From: Myxococcota bacterium
GTDB lineage: Bacteria > Myxococcota_A > Polyangia > HGW-17
Direction of reading: 5' to 3'
Assembly (NCBI GenBank): GCA_018817795.1
Contig: JAHITJ010000184.1
Coordinates: 8,423 to 72,422 of the forward strand
DNA: 64,000 bases
Positions 29,253-38,146 of this stretch are shown piece by piece. Below the pieces are notes generated by a model, which worked only from the letters and a program-made list of their open reading frames with translations, did not search any database and was not told where the DNA came from. Within the stretch, counting starts at the first letter, position 1, and each line of letters starts with the position of its first letter. Position numbers and translations under genes: made by a program.

Positions 29253-29840
29253 TTACCGGGTGACGATGCCCATTGCGGCCCACTCCACGATTTCTTCGAC
29301 GACCTCGTGGTAGTCGAAGGATTCCGAACCGGTCGCGTGCGTCCAGACGATGCCTTTGATCATGCCTACGGCAGCCGTGGCCACGATCTTGGTGTTCAGT
29401 TGGCGGATCACGTGTTTTTCCTGGCCTTCCTGGAGGCTTTCCTCGAGGTAGTGCCGCAGGGCAGCGTAAAAGGCCTCCATGCGAGCGGCAGCGACTTCGT
29501 CGAGGGTCTCGGCCTGGCTGACCACGATGCGTGCCAGATGGCGATCGGCGAACAGGGGCGCCAGCGCACGGCCGAGGTTGATCCTGAGTTGCTTCAGAAT
29601 GTTGTTGCGGTCGGGGGTGGGACCCACGATCACAGGCTTGACCGAGGACAGGATCGTCTCGAAGGCGGACTCCAGAAGAACGTCGAAGACGGCCCGTTTA
29701 GAGTCAAAATATAAATAGAAAGTACCACGGGCCACCTGGGCTTTTTCAATGATGTCGGAGATGCCGGTGGAATGGTAGCCACGGGTGGCAAACAGTTCCT
29801 TGGCGCAATCCAGGATGAGACTGCGGCGGTCTTTTTCCAT
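29253..29840 (-). CDS. TetR/AcrR family transcriptional regulator
   Basis: N-terminal HTH signature ILDCAKELFATRGYHSTGISDIIEKAQVARGTFYLYFDSK; 195 aa. Confidence 0.85.
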   Translation of the reverse strand: MEKDRRSLILDCAKELFATRGYHSTGISDIIEKAQVARGTFYLYFDSKRAVFDVLLESAFETILSSVKPVIVGPTPDRNNILKQLRINLGRALAPLFADRHLARIVVSQAETLDEVAAARMEAFYAALRHYLEESLQEGQEKHVIRQLNTKIVATAAVGMIKGIVWTHATGSESFDYHEVVEEIVEWAAMGIVTR

Positions 29841-29852
29841 GATATAGACCGG

Positions 29853-31490
29853 TTACAGCAGTTCGATCCGGTACAGTTGATACCCCATGAGGATGGGTGT
29901 AGCCGGATCGAGCTCCATCATGTTTTTGATGTTCAGGTAGGTGCCATTGGAGGAGTTCAGGTCGATCAGATACGACGCGTTGTCCATCCGCGTGACTTCC
30001 AGGTGTTCTCCGGAGACGTAGCCATCGTCAGGGAACGTGATGTCGCCTTCCTCGCGGCCGATTCGGATGCGCTCGCCGGTCATCGCGAAGGCCTGTCCGG
30101 GCACGTCCTTGCCCATGATCAACTCGAGGCGGCCCCAGGCGTCGAGGTTCGGGCTGCCGGCGATGATGGTTCCGTCGTCGAGTGCGTCGACCGGCGGAAG
30201 GGCCCGATAGCGGAGCACCTCGGTGCCCACGCGGAACATGTCACCGTCGTGCAGCAGCTCCTCGTGCGACAGGCGGAAGAACGTTCCGTTGAGGCTGCCG
30301 AGATCTTCGACGAAGATCGAGCCGCTGTCGATGGTGAGCTTGCAGTGGTTCGGAGACATGTAGTAGTCGTTGGAGAAGGCTGCGTGAGTCGAGCGGCCGA
30401 GGATGGTTTCGCCGTCGAACATGTCGATGACCGGTGCGGTGGAGCCGTCAGGCCGCTGCACGATCAGGCGGGCCACCGGAACAGGAGCAGGTGCCGCAAC
30501 TGGCGCAGGGACGGGTGCCGGGGCCACGAAGGGGGCAGGCGCCGGAATCGTGGAATCCAGGGAAGGCTGGACCGGGGCGTCCACGATGGCAGGACTGCCG
30601 CAGTTGCCGCAGAATTTGAACCCCGGGGTGATGGCGGTGCCGCACTGCGAGCAGACCTTGGCCCCGGAATCGGGTGCGGGCTTGGGAAGGATCATCTGCT
30701 GCTGCTCATCGTCCGCGCAGACGGTGTCGGCCATCTCGAAGCCGCCGTGAGCTGCCGGTGGCGTGAAGGGGAGCTCGTCGCTGCTTTCGTCGATGATCGG
30801 GGCAGCCGGAGGAGCCACCGGAGCCGGCGGAGCCGCGAAGGGCGCAGGAGCCGCGAACGGGGCTGGCGCGACCGGCGGTGGTGGAGTCATGAATGGGGCC
30901 GAAGCCGGCGGCGGGGCCTCGAAGGGTGCCGGAGCCGCGAACGGGGCAGGGGCCGGAGGCGGAGCCATGAACGGGGCACCGGCCGGCGGTGGAGCCATGA
31001 ACGGGGCAGGGGCCGGAGGCGGAGCCATGAACGGGGCAGGAGCCGGAGCGGGAGCCGCAAACGGGGCTGGCGCCGGGGCAGGAGCCGCAAACGGGGCTGG
31101 CGCCGGCGGCGGAGCAGCAAATGGTGGAGGCGCGGCAAACGGCGGCGGAGCCGCGAAGGGTGCCGGGGTAGTGGCCGGTGGCGGGCCCGCCGGAGGTGGA
31201 GCCGCGAAGGGCGGTGGCGTCGGCACCGACGGGCTGGGACGGCTGCTCTCGGGAATCGCGATTCCCTGGCTCTTCAGATAATCGGCCAACTCTGACCCAG
31301 GGGTCGCGGCCATCGTAGGTGCGCTGGCGATCTTGTGAGACTGTTCCGGAGCCGGCGGCATCACCGGCGGAATGGTGGCTTCCGCCTTGACGATGACATT
31401 GTCCTTGTTGAGTTCCACGCCGCAGCCCAGGCAGAACTTGAAATGCGATCTATTTTCTCTTCCACATTGTTTACAAATCACACTTGACAC
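29853..31490 (-). CDS. Zinc-ribbon / Pro-Ala 'PF' repeat linker / zinc-ribbon / tandem FHA domain protein (545 aa)
   Basis: GTG start preceded by AAGGAG. Zinc ribbon 1 is CKQCGRENRSHFKFCLGCG and zinc ribbon 2 is CSQCGTAITPGFKFCGNCG. FHA 1 is ILGRS...SPNHCKL...VEDLGSLNGTF and FHA 2 is IRIGREEGDI.F..D.YVSGEHLEV....YLIDLNSSNGTY. Confidence 0.85.
   Translation of the reverse strand: MSSVICKQCGRENRSHFKFCLGCGVELNKDNVIVKAEATIPPVMPPAPEQSHKIASAPTMAATPGSELADYLKSQGIAIPESSRPSPSVPTPPPFAAPPPAGPPPATTPAPFAAPPPFAAPPPFAAPPPAPAPFAAPAPAPAPFAAPAPAPAPFMAPPPAPAPFMAPPPAGAPFMAPPPAPAPFAAPAPFEAPPPASAPFMTPPPPVAPAPFAAPAPFAAPPAPVAPPAAPIIDESSDELPFTPPAAHGGFEMADTVCADDEQQQMILPKPAPDSGAKVCSQCGTAITPGFKFCGNCGSPAIVDAPVQPSLDSTIPAPAPFVAPAPVPAPVAAPAPVPVARLIVQRPDGSTAPVIDMFDGETILGRSTHAAFSNDYYMSPNHCKLTIDSGSIFVEDLGSLNGTFFRLSHEELLHDGDMFRVGTEVLRYRALPPVDALDDGTIIAGSPNLDAWGRLELIMGKDVPGQAFAMTGERIRIGREEGDITFPDDGYVSGEHLEVTRMDNASYLIDLNSSNGTYLNIKNMMELDPATPILMGYQLYRIELL
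30931..31140 (-). repeat. Seven in-register 30-bp tandem coding repeats (decapeptide PF(A/M)APPPAPA-type units)
   Basis: Units begin at 30931, 30961, 30991, 31021, 31051, 31081 and 31111, e.g. ggagccatgaacggggcaggggccggaggc. They lie inside the Pro/Ala linker (30798-31238) of the 545-aa FHA protein. Confidence 0.9.
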
Positions 31491-31539
31491 GGTTCATCTC
31501 CTTGTGTCGTTACCGGGACGACAGGCGCACGCAATCGAA

Positions 31540-32340
31540 TCAGGTGATTTCCACCCGGAACAACTGTTGTCCGATGAACACGAAGTCACCGTGCACCAGT
31601 TGCTGGTCGTTTTTGATGCGGCAGAAAGTGCCGTTTCGTGAATTCAGATCGGTCAGGCTGTATCCGTCACCGGTGAACTCAAGCCGTGCATGATTGCCGG
31701 AAATGAACGGATCCGAAGGGAAATCGATCGTGTTTCCGGAGCGGCCCATCGTGAGGCTGTTGCCTTCGGCCCGGTACACATCCCCGTCGATGCCACCCTG
31801 AAGGATCCGCGTGACCAGGAATGATGCCGGAATGTGGGGCGTGTAGTAATAGTAGGTTCCATCGGCTTCGGCACGGGGTTCCGTGTATTCTTCGGTCAGA
31901 TCCAGACGAAGCAATTGTTTGCCCACCATGAAGTTGTCGCCTGGCTGGACTGGAACGGAGCCCTTGATTCGGACGAAGACGCCGTTGACGCTCTCCTCGT
32001 CCCGCACCAACAGGTTCCCGTTGTCATAGAAAAAGTTGGCATGACGGGGGCTGAGGAACGGATCTGGTTGCTCGGGCCGGATGGATCCATCTGAACGGCC
32101 GATGACGTGATCCTGGCCGGTGAGATAATACGTAGTCCCGTCCTGACCGCTGCCCTTGATCAGGATCAGACGGGCCCGACCGGGCATCTGGAAGGCGCCG
32201 AAATACATCGTCGAGCCTTTGGTCGGGTGAGGTGCGGGAGCCGGAGCTCCACCTTCGACTTTGTACCCGCAATTCCCGCAGAACTTGAATCCCGCCGGAA
32301 TGGGTTGGCTGCACTGGGGGCACGGACGCTCGCCGCTCAT
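31540..32340 (-). CDS. Zinc-ribbon plus tandem FHA domain protein (266 aa), short paralogue of the downstream gene
   Basis: Zinc ribbon CPQCSQPIPAGFKFCGNCG. FHA 1 is HVIGRSDGSI....FLSPRHANF....LLVRDEESVNGVF and FHA 2 is LTMGRSGNTIDF.SDPFISGNHARLEF....SLTDLNSRNGTF. GGGAGG RBS. Confidence 0.85.
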   Translation of the reverse strand: MSGERPCPQCSQPIPAGFKFCGNCGYKVEGGAPAPAPHPTKGSTMYFGAFQMPGRARLILIKGSGQDGTTYYLTGQDHVIGRSDGSIRPEQPDPFLSPRHANFFYDNGNLLVRDEESVNGVFVRIKGSVPVQPGDNFMVGKQLLRLDLTEEYTEPRAEADGTYYYYTPHIPASFLVTRILQGGIDGDVYRAEGNSLTMGRSGNTIDFPSDPFISGNHARLEFTGDGYSLTDLNSRNGTFCRIKNDQQLVHGDFVFIGQQLFRVEIT

Positions 32341-32463
32341 CTATGAATCCTCCCGTGGAAAATGGCCGTAAAAACGAGGTTTCAGGGTGATGCGTGCCTC
32401 CGAAATAACGGAGCATGCAAATGAAATGACCGTTGGATGATTCCCGCCGAACCTCATGCCCAA

Positions 32464-32491
32464 ATGGTATGCACAAACGGTTTTGTGTCAA
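32464..32491 (-). promoter_or_regulatory. Candidate sigma70-type promoter upstream of the FHA gene pair
   Basis: On the minus strand, TTGACA (32491-32486) - 16 nt - TACCAT (32469-32464). This would leave a leader of about 120 nt before the ATG at 32340. Confidence 0.35.
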
Positions 32492-32538
32492 GTAAAAGGA
32501 TTGGAAATGGACAAGCCCCGGAATGCACCGGCCTTGAT

Positions 32539-33798
32539 TCATGGTTTCTCTTCAGCAGCGGGCTTTTCCGGTGCATCCGGCACGTCTCCGAACAGCACAT
32601 CGTCCCCGACCCTGATGGGGTGCTCGGAACGCAGGATCACGGCGAAGGAGTACTTTTCATGTACCTCGTACACTACCAGGGTCCCCTTGGTTTCGTAGGG
32701 GAAGGAAGAATCCTGCTTGCGGGACGGATCCAGCGGATGCAGGTGGGTGTACAGGCCGTCTCCACGTACGATCAGCGGCAGGATCGCGCCGGGCTTGAGT
32801 TGATGCTCCTTGCCCAGGTTCACCACGACCATGTCGTTGGCCGACAGCAGTTCGGTTTCCTCGATGGTGGCAACAACCCGACCGACGATGGGCTTGTCAC
32901 GCTTCTGCACGACGGGCTGTACCTGCTTGAAGCTGGTTTGGACCTTTCCGACCAGGTCCTTACGGTTGATCACGGCGATGGATCGGGTGATCTCGGCCTT
33001 GAGCACACCCTCGGGCCGATGTTCCTTGATGCGGACCTCGCCGAGGATCTGCACGAGCTGGCCGAGGACCTGCTTGTTCTGGGGATCGGAGACCTTCTGG
33101 ATCGGACGGAAGACCGTGTACACGGAGCCGGGCTTCAGTTTTTTGTCGGGATCCTTGATGTAGATGATGTCTCCGACCGTCAGCAGGCTCTTTTCTTCGG
33201 GGGAACCTGAGATCGCGCGGCTCTCCTTGAGGGTCTCCTCGTCGATGAAGGCCCTGTTGCGCACGGTCACAGTGCCTTTCTGGAACTCGAGGCCATAGAA
33301 CTTCTCCTCCTGATCGGTAGAGGACTCTTCGACGGCGGCCTCGGGCCGGCTGGTCAGATTCACGACCGTGCCCGGAAAGAGCCAGTGGGGATTGGTGATG
33401 TGCGCATTCCACGACCACAACTCGGGCCAGAACAACGGGTCTCCGAAGTACTTCTCGGAAAGATCCCACAGGGTCTCTCCCTTGGTCACCACGTGCTTCT
33501 TGGCGGTCGTGCGCGGCCCGGACACGATCAGACCCGAGGCGTGGATCAGGTCCCAGTCCGCGTCGTCCTCGGCCTCCTCGTTCCGGCCGTCAGTCTTTTC
33601 CACCGCGACCTTGGATGCCGTGGGACGGGGCGTCGGACGTTTCTCCTCCGGGTCGTCATCGCCGGGTTTGGGCAGGACGACCCAGTTTTTCTGGGAAACA
33701 GGCGGATAGGTCCCGGGGACGGTGCCGGGCGGATTGGTGGGGCTCTGTTGAAACCAGTACGCCTGAAAAGCAATGAGTAGAAGGATGGCGGGATTCAT
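32539..33798 (-). CDS. Secreted LysM domain protein
   Basis: Signal peptide (MNPAILLLIAFQA). LysM motif HVVTKGETLWDLSEKYFGDPLFWPELWSWN...LFPGTVVNL. Starts 3 nt after the ybgF-like stop. Confidence 0.8.
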   Translation of the reverse strand: MNPAILLLIAFQAYWFQQSPTNPPGTVPGTYPPVSQKNWVVLPKPGDDDPEEKRPTPRPTASKVAVEKTDGRNEEAEDDADWDLIHASGLIVSGPRTTAKKHVVTKGETLWDLSEKYFGDPLFWPELWSWNAHITNPHWLFPGTVVNLTSRPEAAVEESSTDQEEKFYGLEFQKGTVTVRNRAFIDEETLKESRAISGSPEEKSLLTVGDIIYIKDPDKKLKPGSVYTVFRPIQKVSDPQNKQVLGQLVQILGEVRIKEHRPEGVLKAEITRSIAVINRKDLVGKVQTSFKQVQPVVQKRDKPIVGRVVATIEETELLSANDMVVVNLGKEHQLKPGAILPLIVRGDGLYTHLHPLDPSRKQDSSFPYETKGTLVVYEVHEKYSFAVILRSEHPIRVGDDVLFGDVPDAPEKPAAEEKP

Positions 33799-33801
33799 GA
33801 A

Positions 33802-34743
33802 TCACCTCATTTTCTGCAGGTAGGCGGCGGCCTTGGCGGCAGTCGGGGTCTGCGGGACCAGTTCCACCACACGGGAGAGCATCTCCCTGGCCCGGGTGGC
33901 ATTTCCGTTCTTGTCCAGGGCAATGCCAAGTTTATACATGGCGTCAATCACCTTGGAACTCTTCGGATACGCATCGATCAGGCGCTGGTATTGATTCACC
34001 GCAAGAGGATAGCGTCCGCTCTGAAAGTGGCATTCCCCCTGCCAGAAGATGGCGTTGGGGACCAGCGCATGACCGGGATATTCCTTCTCCACCCGGGAAA
34101 ACCAGGTGAGGGCGAGGGCGTAACGCCCCTGCTCGAAGTGGTCCATGGCCGTCTGGTACAAACCTTCGGCACCGGAGGCCGGACGCTCGGCAGGCTTGGC
34201 CGGAGCCTTGCTCGAGGGATGATGTGTGCTCTCCTCGGGCTCCTTCAGCGGGGCGTACTTGCCCAGTGGCAGCACCGGACCTCCGGGATTGGAGGCCGGA
34301 TCCGCCCCGGCGGGTTCGCCCTGCAGGCGAAGCACGATGCGCTTCTGACCCGGAGAGGGCGGCGGCAGGTCCTCTTCCTCGACGGGCTCCTCCCGCCCGG
34401 TGATGACCACGTCCTCCTCGGTCTGGACGTCGGACGGAGGCTCGGGCTTCGATGTGGGCCTCGTCACCGGCGGGCGCAGCGTCACCTTCGGAAGCTCTTC
34501 GGGGCCAAGCTCACGGGTACGGACCCGGGAATGTCCCGGATCCCCCGCTTTTCCGCCACGGATCGCCAGCCGGGACTCAAGGACCGCCAGCCGGCGCGTC
34601 ATGGTCTCGAGTTGGGCGATGACCGACTTCTGTTCGGCAGTCAGTTTGCGCAGCGTCGTTTCCAGCCGGGCCGAAGTTCCGGTGCAGGACGCCAGGCTTC
34701 CAAGCAGCGACCAGAACATGAATTGAGCCAAAATCACACGCAT
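33802..34743 (-). CDS. YbgF/CpoB-like periplasmic TPR lipoprotein (coiled-coil N-terminus, TPR C-terminus)
   Basis: Lipobox LGSLASC and an N-terminal coiled coil (LETTLRKLTAEQKSVIAQLETMTRRLAVLE). The C-terminus YQTAMDHFEQGRYALALTWF...YPGHALVPNAIFWQGECHF...YPKSSKVIDAMYKLG is typical of YbgF. No tolB or pal gene is adjacent. Confidence 0.7.
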   Translation of the reverse strand: MRVILAQFMFWSLLGSLASCTGTSARLETTLRKLTAEQKSVIAQLETMTRRLAVLESRLAIRGGKAGDPGHSRVRTRELGPEELPKVTLRPPVTRPTSKPEPPSDVQTEEDVVITGREEPVEEEDLPPPSPGQKRIVLRLQGEPAGADPASNPGGPVLPLGKYAPLKEPEESTHHPSSKAPAKPAERPASGAEGLYQTAMDHFEQGRYALALTWFSRVEKEYPGHALVPNAIFWQGECHFQSGRYPLAVNQYQRLIDAYPKSSKVIDAMYKLGIALDKNGNATRAREMLSRVVELVPQTPTAAKAAAYLQKMR

Positions 34744-34849
34744 GACACACCTCTGGCTACATGTGTATCACAGACCTACATTATGCGCAAATTTTAAGTG
34801 AAAGATTCTGACGGTCGCCGAACGATTCCCAGGTTCTTCCGACGGGGGC

Positions 34850-36049
34850 TCAGGAAATCACGCCATGGCGGCGGCCCACCTTGGCAAAGGCGGCGATGGC
34901 GAAGTCGAGCTCTTCCCGGGTGTGGATCGCTGAGATCTGTGTGCGGATGCGCGCCTCGCCCTTCGGGACGACGGGGTAACTGAAGCCGATGACATAGAGG
35001 CCTTCGGCGAGCAGGTCTTCGGCCATCAGGCCGGCCAGGCGGGCGTCGCCGAGCATCACGGGGCAGATCGGGTGATCCTTGCCGCGCAGCGTGAAGCCGA
35101 GCTTCTCCATCTCGGTACGGAAGTGGCGGTGGTTCCGCTCAAGCCGGTCCCGCAGTTCGGTGGTCTCCTCGAGGATGTCGAGGACCTTGATTGTGGCCGA
35201 CGTGATCGTCGGGGCGAGGGTGTTGGAGAAGAGGTACGGGCGGCTGCGCTGGCGCAGGATCTCGACGATCTCCGGATGGGCCGCGGTGAAGCCGCCGGAG
35301 CCGCCACCCAGCGCCTTGCCGAACGTGGAGGTGATGATGTCCACGCGGTCCATGACGCCGTTGTATTCGTGCGTTCCGCGGCCCCGTGCGCCGACGAAGC
35401 CCGAGGCATGGGACTCATCGACCATCACCAGCGCGTTGTAGCGGTCGGCCAGATCGCAGACGCCCTTGAGGTTGGCGATGATGCCGTCCATCGAGAAGAC
35501 GCCGTCGGTCGCGATCATTTTCAGGCGTGCGTTTTCCGCGTCGGCCTTCTTCAACTGGTCTTCGAGGTCGTTCATGTCGTTGTTCTTGTAGCGGTAGCGC
35601 TTGGCCTTGCACAGGCGCACGCCGTCGATGATGGAGGCGTGGTTGAGCGAGTCGGAGATGATCGCATCGTCGGCGCCCAGCAGGGTCTCGAACAGGCCGC
35701 CGTTGGCATCAAAGCAGGACGAGTAGAGGATTGCGTCCTCGCGGCCCACGAAGGCGGCGATGCGCTTCTCGAGCTCCTTGTGGATGTCAAGCGTCCCCAC
35801 GATGAACCGCACCGAAGCCATGCCGTAGGCGTACTTGTCGAGGCTCTCCTTGGATGCGGCGACCAGGCGCGGATCATTGGCCAGTCCGAGGTAATTGTTG
35901 GCGCACAGGTTGATCACGGTCTTTTCGCGTCCCTGCACACGGATGTTGGCCGATTGCGGGGTGACGACCACCCGTTCGTTCTTGTACAGGCCGCCTTCGC
36001 GAATGCCCTGCAGTTCCGATTTCAGAATGTCCTTCAACTGTCCGTACAT
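34850..36049 (-). CDS. kbl: Glycine C-acetyltransferase (2-amino-3-ketobutyrate CoA ligase)
   Basis: Start [25 protein letters not shown] (GGAGG RBS). PLP-lysine region TFGKALGG. Class-II aminotransferase fold signature throughout. The upstream 33 codons in the ORF track were rejected. Confidence 0.9.
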   Translation of the reverse strand: MYGQLKDILKSELQGIREGGLYKNERVVVTPQSANIRVQGREKTVINLCANNYLGLANDPRLVAASKESLDKYAYGMASVRFIVGTLDIHKELEKRIAAFVGREDAILYSSCFDANGGLFETLLGADDAIISDSLNHASIIDGVRLCKAKRYRYKNNDMNDLEDQLKKADAENARLKMIATDGVFSMDGIIANLKGVCDLADRYNALVMVDESHASGFVGARGRGTHEYNGVMDRVDIITSTFGKALGGGSGGFTAAHPEIVEILRQRSRPYLFSNTLAPTITSATIKVLDILEETTELRDRLERNHRHFRTEMEKLGFTLRGKDHPICPVMLGDARLAGLMAEDLLAEGLYVIGFSYPVVPKGEARIRTQISAIHTREELDFAIAAFAKVGRRHGVIS

Positions 36050-36144
36050 GAAAAACCTCCGATGGATGGTGTGAAGATGCCTTTTCCCCGGTCTGTTCAG
36101 ACCCGGACTTTCATACTGAAAAAGAAAAAGATTGGGAAGAGAAA

Positions 36145-37011
36145 TCACCGGCGGGCGTGCAGAACCCGCGGGGATCCGGCGAGATCGCGTAAAATCCTGA
36201 TTTCGGCATAGGCACCGGTGCTCCCTGCGAAATCCGCCAGCAGCGCTTCCTGGTCCTGTCCGAACTCGACGAGCAGGTGGCCGCCGGGTTCGAGGTGCCC
36301 GGGCGCTGCCGCGAGGATCTCCTTGAGCAGGGCCAGTCCGCTGTCGTCGGCAAAGAGCGCGCCTGACGGCTCGTGGCGGATCTCCGGCTGCAGGACGGTA
36401 TCCCGCGGAATGTACGGCGGGTTGGATGCGATCAGGTTGAAGCGCCTGCCTGCCAACGGTGCAAAGAGGCTGCCCTCGAGGAACTCCACGTCGGTCTTGA
36501 GCTGCAGGGCGTTTCCCCGGGCCACGGCCAGCGCCTTGGAGGAGAGATCGGTGGCCGTGACGCGCCAGGCCGGGCGGGCATGGGCCAGGGAGATCGCGAT
36601 CGCGCCTGAGCCGCAGCCGATGTCCAGCAGGCGGAGCCCTGCACTTGCGTCGGCGGGGCCGGTCAGATCCAGGGCCGCTTCCACGAGGGTCTCGGTGTCA
36701 GGCCGCGGAATCAGCACGTCGGGCGTGACGGCGAAGGCCAAACCGAAGAACTCCTTCCTGCCGGTCAGGTAGGCGACCGGTTCGCGGGCCAGCCGGCGGC
36801 GGACCAGGGCACGCAGGTCGTCGCGCTCGGCGCCAGAAAGAGGCCGGTCCATGGCCAGGTAGATGCCTACTCGGTCGCAGCCCAGCAGATGCGCGCACAA
36901 CAGGTCGGCGTCCAGTCGAGGAGAATCGAGCTTCTCGTCGGCAAAGCGCTGCGTCATCCAGCGCACGACGTCGCGGACGGTCCAGGTGCGGCTGGCGGTT
37001 TCGTCGGTCAT
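36145..37011 (-). CDS. prmC: Peptide chain release factor N5-glutamine methyltransferase
   Basis: SAM motif [12 protein letters not shown] and catalytic NPPY motif ([10 protein letters not shown]); 288 aa. Confidence 0.9.
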   Translation of the reverse strand: MTDETASRTWTVRDVVRWMTQRFADEKLDSPRLDADLLCAHLLGCDRVGIYLAMDRPLSGAERDDLRALVRRRLAREPVAYLTGRKEFFGLAFAVTPDVLIPRPDTETLVEAALDLTGPADASAGLRLLDIGCGSGAIAISLAHARPAWRVTATDLSSKALAVARGNALQLKTDVEFLEGSLFAPLAGRRFNLIASNPPYIPRDTVLQPEIRHEPSGALFADDSGLALLKEILAAAPGHLEPGGHLLVEFGQDQEALLADFAGSTGAYAEIRILRDLAGSPRVLHARR

Positions 37012-37991
37012 GGCGGGGGCAGGGGCGTCTCACCGTAGCGGCCCGGGCGCGAGACGTTGCGGATTCGGCGCTCGGGATGCCGCGGATCCGGCGGGGACAG
37101 GGAGAGTTCGGTGCGAGGACAGCCGGCACCGGGAACACGCTGCCTGCAGCGAGCCAGGATCTCACGGCTCTTTTTTGGATCAGCCTTGATCCAGAGCATG
37201 CCCATGCGGTCGAAGGCTTCGGCCTCCACCCATGCCGGGATTGTGTCGTTCCCGGTGAGCTTTTCGTATGTTTCCTGTGCTTTTTCACGAGCCTTTGACA
37301 GTTCGTGGGCCGCTCCGAGGTACAACATCGTCGCCGGATCGCCGGGCGCCTTGGCGAGGGTCTCCTGGACCAGTTTGAGCAGGGCGTCGTGGCTCTTGAG
37401 CCCGAGCAGCACGTCCATGGTCGCCCGTCGCACGATCAGGTCGTCCGGGGAGGCCGCCAGGGCTGCCTCGAGGCTGCGCAGGGCCTTGGCGTGTTCTTTG
37501 AGCCCCAGATAGGCGCGGGCCTGGCACAGCAGGGCCTGTGTCTTCGGAGCGGCCTCGGAGCCGGCGGCGGCCTTCGTGCAGGCTGCGACCGCCTCACGAT
37601 TGCGTCCGCACAGTTCTGCGGCCTGTCCGAGCAGCAACTGGACTCCGGTCTTTTCCAGCGTCTCCGTCGGCAGGGCGCCGAGCAATTGCACTGCGGAGGA
37701 ACCATAGCCCATCTCGTAATAGAGCTTGGCTTTTTCGACGGGATCCTCGGGCACGGTCATGGTCTCGATCGGATCCGGCGGCGGAACGGGTGCGACCTCT
37801 ACCACGGGCGTGGCGTCGGCCGTCTTGGGCTCAGCAGGCACGGCCACGGTCATCATGCCGGGTTCGGGATCCTTGTGCCCGACGACATCGGCGGGCTTGG
37901 GTGACCGCACGGGCTCCTGTTTCTGGCATCCGCAGGCAGACGCAGCCGTGATCCCGCAGAGCATCAGAAAAATCTTCCATTGATCCCGCAT
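37008..37991 (-). CDS. TPR-repeat lipoprotein
   Basis: Lipobox LCGITAASAC. TPR-like helices (AKLYYEMGY, ARAYLGLKEHAKALRSLEAAL, MLYLGAAHELSKAREKAQETYEK). The stop overlaps the prmC start (ATGA). Confidence 0.7.
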   Translation of the reverse strand: MRDQWKIFLMLCGITAASACGCQKQEPVRSPKPADVVGHKDPEPGMMTVAVPAEPKTADATPVVEVAPVPPPDPIETMTVPEDPVEKAKLYYEMGYGSSAVQLLGALPTETLEKTGVQLLLGQAAELCGRNREAVAACTKAAAGSEAAPKTQALLCQARAYLGLKEHAKALRSLEAALAASPDDLIVRRATMDVLLGLKSHDALLKLVQETLAKAPGDPATMLYLGAAHELSKAREKAQETYEKLTGNDTIPAWVEAEAFDRMGMLWIKADPKKSREILARCRQRVPGAGCPRTELSLSPPDPRHPERRIRNVSRPGRYGETPLPPP

Positions 37992-38146
37992 GTGCTGTCC
38001 ACCTCGAAAGAAGGGCCGATCCGCCCATCGGTCGGCACCAGAAACATGTTTACCGCAAACCGGTCGGCTTGTCAGACTATTTTCCGGCCTGGCCGTTCGT
38101 CCGGAGAATTTTCCCGAATCCCTGGAATTGAAAACGTGCTATTGAA

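Noticed and set aside
29772-31295. 507-aa and 172-aa plus-strand ORFs (the latter Gly/Ala-rich) opposite the 545-aa FHA gene
   Set aside because: They are the mirror image of the Pro/Ala 30-bp repeat array (GGN/GCN is the complement of CCN/GCN). The minus-strand product has zinc ribbons and FHA domains; the plus-strand products have none.
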